From IMG/VR virus record IMGVR_UViG_2713896782_000017: DNA of 5,821 nt; one strand, given 5' to 3'. The stretch is from a virus. Lineage: Duplodnaviria; Heunggongvirae; Uroviricota; Caudoviricetes. Shown one piece after another: positions 1 through 4,871 of the stretch. The translations under genes were made by a program, and so were the position numbers. How positions within the stretch are numbered: position 1 is the stretch's first letter; every line of letters begins with the position of its first letter. The notes beneath the pieces are model-generated. The model did no database searches. It was given only the letters and a program-made list of their open reading frames with translations, and was not told the origin of the DNA.

Positions 1-270
1 GGCCACCAGCAGAGGCGGCATTGCCTTTTCGATCGCCGGTAACAGAGCCTGCATTTTTTCAACTGCATCAGGGGTGTCTTTCTCTATCCAGCGGAAAATT
101 TTCTGGGTATTGCGAGCCAGGGCTTCCGGATGGCTGTCGTCGTACAGTTCAGGAAACGTCATACCCAACTCAAAATAAGCCTGGGTTATTCCAGCTGCCG
201 GAACTTTTTCGCCATCAGGACGCGCCCAGGCATTCATCGCCATGCGGATGTGTTCATGCTTGATTTTCAT
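1..270 (-). CDS. YdaT-family (CII-position) prophage protein, partial; C-terminus lies beyond the left edge of the window
   Basis: Minus-strand frame open from ATG at 270..268 through position 1 (checked codon by codon), giving MKIKHEHIRMAMNAWARPDGEKVPAAGITQAYFELGMTFPELYDDSHPEALARNTQKIFRWIEKDTPDAVEKMQALLPAIEKAMPPLLVA. Purine-rich SD (AAGGGGGG) 4 nt upstream on the minus strand. Lies directly downstream of the Cro-like gene, the position YdaT occupies in Rac-type immunity regions. The N-terminal MKIKHEHI and the W..K..T....EK.Q.L.P.I pattern resemble YdaT as I remember it; not verified by search. Not in the ORF track because there is no in-window stop. Confidence 0.6.
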   Translation of the reverse strand, partial: MKIKHEHIRMAMNAWARPDGEKVPAAGITQAYFELGMTFPELYDDSHPEALARNTQKIFRWIEKDTPDAVEKMQALLPAIEKAMPPLLVA

Positions 271-496
271 GAATCCCCCCTTGGTTAGAAGGCGGATTAT
301 GATCAGAATCGGGAATGACAACCGTCGGTATGTGTAACTCATATTTGAGCGCCCCGGCAGTGACTGCCTGAATTAGCAACGCCCATTTCCACGGAACGTC
401 TTCCCCCCACATGCTGACTGTGGTTTTTGACGTTCCTAGAGCGGCGGCTGTTTTAACAACTCCGCCAAAATAGCCTAATACTTCTGATTTTTTCAT
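254..496 (-). CDS. Cro-like HTH regulator (DicC/YdaS-like), about 80 aa
   Basis: ORF track gives 254..544 (-). I place the start at the ATG at 496..494 (MKKSEVLGYFGGVVKTAAALGTSKTTVSMW...), which has GGAG 6 nt upstream; the ATGs further upstream lack an SD. The G..T.AA.LG.S...VS.W..G..P pattern is a Cro/XRE-type helix-turn-helix. It is divergent from the repressor gene, and its 3' end overlaps the YdaT-like start by 17 nt. Confidence 0.65.
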   Translation of the reverse strand: MKKSEVLGYFGGVVKTAAALGTSKTTVSMWGEDVPWKWALLIQAVTAGALKYELHIPTVVIPDSDHNPPSNQGGIHENQA

Positions 497-587
497 GAGT
501 CGCTCCATAAAACTGAACGCCAAAAGTTTAATAATCAAAACCAAAGAAAGTCAAGAAACAAAACCATCTGTGTTTTAAAATCAAAAC
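497..587. promoter_or_regulatory. Divergent promoter/operator region between the Cro-like and CI-like genes (PR/PRM analogue)
   Basis: 91 bp AT-rich intergenic region. Minus-strand -35 TTGACT (554..549) with a weak -10 candidate about 17 bp downstream (526..531 region), reading toward the Cro-like gene. Plus-strand -10-like TAAAAT (576..581) ends 6 nt before the CI ATG at 588 and there is no SD, implying a leaderless cI mRNA as in lambda PRM. The 8-mer ATCAAAAC occurs at 534..541 and 580..587, and an inverted-repeat element TGTTTT-N6-AAAACA sits at 571..588. Confidence 0.5.
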
Positions 588-1226
588 ATGAACAAGCAAA
601 CAATATCTGAACGCATAACCCAACGTATGCATGCGCTAAACTTGAAAGGCAAAGACCTTGTCAATGCCACTGGCGCATCAAAAGGCTCCGTAAGTCAATG
701 GATGAACGGTGGAGGAGCGCCGTCCTCGCGTTACATAAGTTCACTGGCAAAGATATTGAAAGTAAACGAAAATTGGCTTCTTAATGGAGGAGAGTTAAAT
801 ACAGGTGATTCGCTTGATCTATCTTTACCGCCGATAAAAACGGTTCCGCTACTATCACTTCAGCAGGCAGCAAGCTGGAGTGATTATATGAAAAATTCCT
901 CAATAACCTCTTGTGTGCAGCTTGTCGGAGAAATCCCGGCCAATACCTTTGCTGTTGTTCTAGAGAGTGACAGTATGTCGACATCTGGTGGTGGAGTTTC
1001 CATCCCAAATGGTTCAACAGTTTTTGTTGATCCCGATCGAATCGTACAACCAGGAAATATTGTCCTTGCCTTACCCAAAGGGACCACAACGCCTGTCATT
1101 CGCAAACTGGAGATAGAAGGGCCGGATATTCTTTTAGTCCCCACGAATCCTCGCTACCCTTCAATTATGCTGGATGATCTATCTTGCATATTGGGAGTAT
1201 GCTTTAAAATTCAACAAGATATTTAA
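588..1226 (+). CDS. CI-like prophage repressor: N-terminal XRE-type HTH plus C-terminal LexA/S24 autopeptidase domain, 212 aa
   Basis: Complete ORF. N-terminal HTH (QRMHALNLKGKDLVNATGASKGSVSQWMNGG). The C-terminal part aligns by eye with lambda CI: SDSM against GNSM (catalytic Ser), PVIRKLEIEG against FTFKKLIRDSG (catalytic Lys), LLVPTNPRYPSIM against FLQPLNPQYPMIP. Divergent from the Cro-like gene. The linker has QQAASW where lambda CI has VQAGMF, so a canonical Ala-Gly cleavage site is not evident. Confidence 0.85.
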   Translation: MNKQTISERITQRMHALNLKGKDLVNATGASKGSVSQWMNGGGAPSSRYISSLAKILKVNENWLLNGGELNTGDSLDLSLPPIKTVPLLSLQQAASWSDYMKNSSITSCVQLVGEIPANTFAVVLESDSMSTSGGGVSIPNGSTVFVDPDRIVQPGNIVLALPKGTTTPVIRKLEIEGPDILLVPTNPRYPSIMLDDLSCILGVCFKIQQDI

Positions 1227-1254
1227 CCAACCTCATCTATTTGATTAACTGTAT

Positions 1255-1271
1255 GCCATCGTAGTGATGGC
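1255..1271 (+). other. Hairpin just downstream of the repressor stop (GCCATC-gtagt-GATGGC), without a U-tract
   Basis: Perfect 6 bp inverted repeat with a 5 nt loop, 29 nt after the CI stop codon. No following T-run, so it is not a canonical intrinsic terminator; it may be a stability or processing element or a binding site. Confidence 0.3.
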
Positions 1272-1286
1272 GTAACAGCTGCCTGC

Positions 1287-1339
1287 TTAAAATGTTTTGA
1301 TAAAAAAACATTGACCTTAAATGTTCGTTTTTCTAAACT
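1287..1339 (+). promoter_or_regulatory. Candidate sigma70 promoter (dicBp-like) with an upstream operator-like motif, driving the ydfA-to-dicB gene string
   Basis: -35 TTGACC (1311..1316), 17 bp spacer, -10 TAAACT (1334..1339), preceded by an A/T-rich UP-like stretch. Immediately upstream, TTAAAAT-GTTTTGAT (1287..1301) contains the reverse complement of the ATCAAAAC 8-mer found twice in the cro-cI intergenic region, and shares the TTAAAAT heptamer with the site at 575..581. Confidence 0.4.
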
Positions 1340-1518
1340 TCATTCATTCCCTCACCCCGCCCCACAGAATGCAGGGCAATACTTCGAGTTACCAGGCAGT
1401 GGTCAGGGGTTAAGTAGCCAGCCCGAGGCGTAAGAACATGACGGCAGGGTTCAACTTTAATAACTATGCAGCAGGTTTTTGTTCCGCTACCCCGGCGTTA
1501 AGGGGAAATGAGGTCAAC

Positions 1519-1671
1519 ATGGATACGCTCAATCTTGGCAACAACGAATCTCTGGTATGTGGCGTGTTCCCCAACCAGGACGGTACGTTCACCGCGATGA
1601 CGTATACCAAAAGCAAAACGTTTAAAACTGAAGCTGGCGCGCGTCGCTGGTTAGCCAGAAACACTGACTGA
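1519..1671 (+). CDS. ydfA: Small prophage protein, YdfA-like (DUF1391 family), 50 aa
   Basis: ORF track frame 1438..1671. I prefer the internal ATG at 1519, which has GAGG 5 nt upstream and gives MDTLNLGNNESLVCGVFPNQDGTFTAMTYTKSKTFKTEAGARRWLARNTD. This matches my recollection of the 51 aa Qin YdfA (same position, first gene after the repressor). The ATG at 1438 (GAGG with a 9 nt spacer) would give 77 aa and is an alternative. The stop overlaps the next start (TGATG). Confidence 0.6.
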   Translation: MDTLNLGNNESLVCGVFPNQDGTFTAMTYTKSKTFKTEAGARRWLARNTD

Positions 1672-2321
1672 TGAGGTTGACGATGGAATTTAAAGATTTA
1701 CCTCCTTCAATCCAGGAGATTGCAGCACACACACTTCGTCATCGTCTGAACGAACTTGAATTGGAATCGGTAACGAAAAAAGACACTGATAATATGGCTC
1801 GTAATGTGCGCGATGCGTTTACCGGATTGTATTTCTGTGCGTCTATAAATAAACACGACTCAGAGAGTGTGGCAAATAAAATTGCAGAAACGACAGCGCA
1901 AAACATCAATACGAAACCAACGGAAGAAGAAATTGATCAGTTTGCTCATGATGCTGGTTTAAAAAACAAGAAAGAAAAATCGCCATATGCGGGGAACATG
2001 TTTGTTTATGACAATCTCATCAGAATTCGTGGCGAAATTCCGGCGGAATACCTGGCAAGAGTCCATCAGGCATTGCTTAAAAATTTGGAAACAGAATTAT
2101 TTGATGGCAACACTAACGGTTTCTTCATGGTATCAGGCCTTGAGAAAGACTGGGATGCAGAAAAACGCTGGAATGTTGCTACATGGTTATTCAGTAACAG
2201 AGCCGCTGCACTGGAAGCTTCGGCATGTATTTGCGGCCTGTTCTTAACAGACCACAAATATAATCTGGATGTGTACAGTTATATTTACGCTGAACACGGT
2301 CCACTCTGGATTGACTGGTAA
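1671..2321 (+). CDS. Hypothetical protein, 212-216 aa, translationally coupled to the ydfA-like gene; function unknown
   Basis: Complete ORF. Start either ATG 1671 (overlaps the upstream stop by 1 nt) or ATG 1683 (MEFKDLPPS..., GAGG 6 nt upstream). No transmembrane segment or recognisable catalytic motif by eye. It occupies the slot where K-12 Qin carries the short ydfB/ydfC ORFs, so those may be fragments of an ancestral gene like this one; unverified. Confidence 0.6.
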   Translation: MRLTMEFKDLPPSIQEIAAHTLRHRLNELELESVTKKDTDNMARNVRDAFTGLYFCASINKHDSESVANKIAETTAQNINTKPTEEEIDQFAHDAGLKNKKEKSPYAGNMFVYDNLIRIRGEIPAEYLARVHQALLKNLETELFDGNTNGFFMVSGLEKDWDAEKRWNVATWLFSNRAAALEASACICGLFLTDHKYNLDVYSYIYAEHGPLWIDW

Positions 2322-2531
2322 TTATAAGGAAACACCAGCAGGGCCGCGGCGACCAACAGAACGATTAAAATCAATAATGCCATTATAAAGGACATTATTT
2401 AATTTATCGTCGAATGCTGATTCTGTGAGCCTCAACTCTGAATGAGTTTTTAATAACCCTGATTGCCTGAGTTGATTTACCAGGCATTCAATCTGTTTTT
2501 CAATAAGCGGATTTCTTTTTTTGTTTGGCAT
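2322..2531 (-). CDS. Hypothetical small protein, about 69 aa, convergent with and abutting the 216 aa ORF
   Basis: ORF track 2322..2543 (-). The second ATG, at 2531, is preceded by GGAGG with a 5 nt spacer (the sequence reads ATGGAGGATAAAATG), giving MPNKKRNPLIEKQIECLVNQ... Its stop codon lies immediately adjacent to the stop of the plus-strand 216 aa ORF (2319..2321 against 2322..2324). No family recognised. No competing plus-strand ORF of 60 aa or more in this interval. Confidence 0.35.
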   Translation of the reverse strand: MPNKKRNPLIEKQIECLVNQLRQSGLLKTHSELRLTESAFDDKLNNVLYNGIIDFNRSVGRRGPAGVSL

Positions 2532-2858
2532 TTTATCCTCCATTGAGGTTCTGGGTTAAAAATGGAGACCAACACGCTGTCACGTGTGGTCGTGCGCCGG
2601 ACACGGATAAGAATCCGGTACTGACAGTTTACTGAAAGGATATTTCCCTGAAAAGTCAGTGCATAACGCGAAAGCGTACGGCGAAGCTCTTTCCCTTAGA
2701 AGGCTTGTCGTTAGATTTCTTCGAACGTGCGCTTCCGGTTGTGGCACTCCGCGAAATGGCGCGGCGGTAAGTATGGCGGGGTTATTCCTTCCCCATTGAG
2801 GACACCGGGTTGTCAGGTTGACCATACGCTTAAGTGACAACCCCGCTGCAACGCCCTC

Positions 2859-2908
2859 NNNNNNNNNNNNNNNNNNNNNNNNNNNNNNNNNNNNNNNNNN
2901 NNNNNNNN
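2859..2908. other. Run of 50 N (assembly gap or masked sequence) flanked by an identical 15 bp direct repeat
   Basis: N from 2859 to 2908. CGCTGCAACGCCCTC occurs at 2844..2858 and again at 2909..2923, consistent with two contig ends that overlap by at least 15 bp being joined with an arbitrary gap, or with a collapsed tandem repeat. Confidence 0.9.
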
Positions 2909-2933
2909 CGCTGCAACGCCCTCTGTTATCAAT

Positions 2934-2991
2934 TTTCTGGTGACGTTTGGCGGTATCAGTTTTACTCCGTGGCTGCTCTGCCGCCCTTTTT
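2934..2991 (+). ncRNA. dicF: DicF small regulatory RNA (Hfq-dependent, prophage-encoded; represses ftsZ and other targets)
   Basis: TTTCTGGTGACGTTTGGCGGTATCAGTTTTACTCCGTGGCTGCTCTGCCGCCC followed by TTTTT matches the DicF sequence as I recall it, with one apparent A-to-G difference. It ends in a GC-rich stem plus U-tract and lies about 170 bp upstream of dicB, as in Qin. Confidence 0.8.
2949..2991 (+). terminator. Intrinsic terminator forming the 3' end of DicF
   Basis: GGCGG (2949..2953) pairs with CCGCC within GCCGCC (2980..2985), with an internal CAG/CUG pairing, followed by a T5 run (2987..2991). Confidence 0.6.
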
Positions 2992-3084
2992 AAAGTGAAT
3001 TTTGTGATGCGGTGAATGCGGCTAAGCGCACGCGGAACAGTTAAAACCAAAAACAGTGTTATGGGTGGATTCTCTGTATCCGGC

Positions 3085-3116
3085 GTTAATTGTTAACTGG
3101 TTAACGTCACCTGGAG
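3085..3116 (+). promoter_or_regulatory. Palindrome cluster and DicF-complementary segment in the dicB leader
   Basis: GTTAA-TTG-TTAAC (3085..3097) and GTTAAC (3100..3105), followed by AACGTCACC (3103..3111), the exact reverse complement of DicF positions 2939..2947. With G-U pairs and one U-U mismatch the complementarity extends to about 13 bp (2934..2947 against 3103..3116). Confidence 0.4.
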
Positions 3117-3160
3117 GCACCAGGCACTGCATCACAAAATTCATTGTTGAGGACGCGATA

Positions 3161-3349
3161 ATGGAAACGTTATTACCAAACGTTAATACGTCTGAAGGTT
3201 GTTTTGATATTGGTGTTCTGCTCAGTAACCGGGAGTTTACTGAAGATGCCATTAACATGAGGAAATATGAGCCTTATCTGCTCAATGATAATTCCATACT
3301 TTCCCGAATTGCTCTTCTTGAACTTGGTATTTTCGGAGAACGTCAATGA
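3161..3349 (+). CDS. dicB: Cell-division inhibitor DicB (MinC-activating small protein), 62 aa
   Basis: ATG at 3161 with GAGGA 7 nt upstream. The N-terminus METLLPNVNTSEGCFDIGV...FTEDAIN matches Qin DicB as I recall it (METLLPNVNTSEGCFEIGV...); the C-terminal half diverges. The ORF track entry 3056..3349 carries a 5' extension from an upstream GTG/TTG-type start that I do not accept. Directly downstream of dicF. Confidence 0.8.
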   Translation: METLLPNVNTSEGCFDIGVLLSNREFTEDAINMRKYEPYLLNDNSILSRIALLELGIFGERQ

Positions 3350-3534
3350 CTTCAGCATTTGCACTGATGATGACGGTTTTTCTTATAACGGGTGAATCAC
3401 AGAATGTGATTACCGGAATTTATGCCAGTAAAGAATCCTGCCTCCAGGCAAGAGACGAGCAAAAAATTTCTGGTGAATGCCTCCCGGTAAAAAAAGTATC
3501 GCTGTACCTGAATAACGAAACACCGGCTGGATAA
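3346..3534 (+). CDS. ydfD: YdfD-like small membrane protein (Qin prophage lysis/toxic protein family), 62 aa
   Basis: Start overlaps the dicB stop (ATGA, 4 nt overlap) and has GGAGAA 5 nt upstream. N-terminal hydrophobic segment SAFALMMTVFLITG, with the remainder hydrophilic and two Cys. Size and position match ydfD of Qin; the sequence itself is not verified. Confidence 0.65.
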   Translation: MTSAFALMMTVFLITGESQNVITGIYASKESCLQARDEQKISGECLPVKKVSLYLNNETPAG

Positions 3535-3626
3535 CCCTCCAGCCATATTAACACCATACCAACGGATTAAAAATGCCAGCAATGGCAGGGATTTGTTCAC
3601 CCTTAAATCTGTAATGAGGTTTATCA

Positions 3627-4871
3627 ATGAGCACTGATAAAGAAGAATTTGCGCTATATTGCGAAGCAAAAAATGACAAAGTCAGAAAACGTCTGGGAAT
3701 TAAAGGTGGTTTTTACTGGACTACAGCAAAAAAATTATCTGTTGCCATCTCCCGCTGCATTACCGCAATGGATGACAACGATTATGATGAAGACGACTTT
3801 AAAAAACCCGTTCGCGTCCATTTACCCGTTGTGAATGACCTTCCACCTGAAGGCGTGTTTGATACCGAATTCTGCAACCGATACGAAAAAGGCGGGGAAG
3901 ATGGCATTACAATGGTATTTATCGCGCCCTCTCCCTCCGTGCAGGAGAAACCAGCCAGTACTGACAATACCAACGTCAACGGCGAAGACATGACGGAGAT
4001 TGAGGAGAATATGCTCCTGCCGGTTTCTGGTCAGGAGCTGCCCATTCGCTGGCTTGCGCAACACGGCAGCGAAAAACCAGTAACGCACGTTGCACGGGAA
4101 GAACTTCAGGCATTACATATAGCACGGGCGGAAGAACTGCCGGCTGTTACTGCCTTGGCCATTTCTCACAAAACAAAGCTGCTCGACCCGCTGGAGATTC
4201 GCGACCTTCACAAACTGGTACGCGACACTGACAAAGTTTTCCCTAATCCCGGTAATTCAGACCTGGGACTGATAACTGCTTTTTTCGAGGCATACCTGGA
4301 CGCTGACTACACTGATCGGGGTCTGCTGACAAAAGAGTGGATGAAAGGAAATCGTGTTTCGCGTATCACCCGTACGGCTTCCGGTGCAAATGCCGGTGGC
4401 GGGAACAAAACCGATCGCAATCCGAATTTAGTACACACCTTCGATACGCTGGATGTGGAGATTGCAGCAGCCACACTTCCGATGGATTTTAATATTTATG
4501 AAATTCCGGGCAGCGTTTATCGTCGCGCAAAAGAAATCGTCCTGAAAAGAGAAAGTCCGTTCAAAGAATGGTCCGCAGCACTTCGCGCAACCCCGGGTAT
4601 TCTGGACTATTCCCGCGCCGCTATTTTTGCACTTATCCGGAGCGCTCACCCTGAGTTTTATCACTACCCGGGACGCCTTCAGGGGTATATCAACGCCTAC
4701 TTAACGGAGACTGATCACGAGAACCCCAGCAAGGAAACTCTCACTGCTGCACGACATACACCGGAAAAAGATATCCTGGAAGAAGTTAACCGCGAACTGT
4801 CTGCTAAGCAGGAAACAGAAGAAGAAAATGATGAAGAAAAACCGCAACCATCTTGCGCAATGGCAGAATGA
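3627..4871 (+). CDS. Hypothetical protein, 414 aa, with a strongly acidic C-terminal tail; positional equivalent of Qin ydfE, here uninterrupted
   Basis: Long complete ORF with GAGG 7 nt upstream of the ATG. No transmembrane segment, no Walker A motif (GGGNKT is not GxxxxGK[ST]), and no integrase-like motifs. C-terminus EEENDEEKPQ. All overlapping ORFs in the track are shorter internal or antisense frames. Confidence 0.7.
   Translation: MSTDKEEFALYCEAKNDKVRKRLGIKGGFYWTTAKKLSVAISRCITAMDDNDYDEDDFKKPVRVHLPVVNDLPPEGVFDTEFCNRYEKGGEDGITMVFIAPSPSVQEKPASTDNTNVNGEDMTEIEENMLLPVSGQELPIRWLAQHGSEKPVTHVAREELQALHIARAEELPAVTALAISHKTKLLDPLEIRDLHKLVRDTDKVFPNPGNSDLGLITAFFEAYLDADYTDRGLLTKEWMKGNRVSRITRTASGANAGGGNKTDRNPNLVHTFDTLDVEIAAATLPMDFNIYEIPGSVYRRAKEIVLKRESPFKEWSAALRATPGILDYSRAAIFALIRSAHPEFYHYPGRLQGYINAYLTETDHENPSKETLTAARHTPEKDILEEVNRELSAKQETEEENDEEKPQPSCAMAE

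Noticed and set aside
21-263. Plus-strand 80 aa ORF at the left edge
   Set aside because: Antisense to the YdaT-family frame, which is open across the whole interval and has an SD and recognisable family features; the plus ORF has neither.
781-1144. Two minus-strand ORFs (102 aa and 86 aa) inside the repressor gene
   Set aside because: Antisense shadow frames within a well-supported CDS with clear HTH and S24 motifs.
1464-1664. Minus-strand 66 aa ORF
   Set aside because: Lies entirely antisense to the ydfA-like gene; no SD; shadow frame.
1987-2257. Plus 86 aa and minus 63 aa ORFs inside the 216 aa gene
   Set aside because: Out-of-frame or antisense frames nested in a longer, translationally coupled ORF.
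2580-3050. Minus-strand 156 aa ORF spanning the N gap
   Set aside because: Its translation runs through 50 unknown bases (an X run) and is antisense to DicF and its terminator; an artefact of the gap.
2544-3060. Retron msr/msd, CRISPR array, tRNA or tmRNA att remnant, or group II intron domain V in the structured region
   Set aside because: No reverse-transcriptase ORF, no regular repeat-spacer periodicity, no tRNA T-loop/acceptor signature, and only a superficial GAAA-hairpin resemblance to domain V; the region is better explained as the DicF precursor.
3056-3160. N-terminal extension of the dicB ORF as listed in the track (97 aa version)
   Set aside because: The extension starts at a non-ATG codon with no SD and covers the palindromic leader; the ATG at 3161 has an SD and gives the canonical DicB N-terminus.
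3022-3669. Minus-strand ORFs of 78, 63 and 90 aa overlapping dicB and ydfD
   Set aside because: Antisense to the dicB/ydfD pair, which has good SDs, an ATGA coupling and a recognisable DicB N-terminus; the minus frames are low-complexity.
3957-3986. Possible P-loop (Walker A) in the 414 aa protein at SGANAGGGNKT
   Set aside because: The residues do not fit GxxxxGK[ST]; an Asn sits between the last Gly and the Lys.
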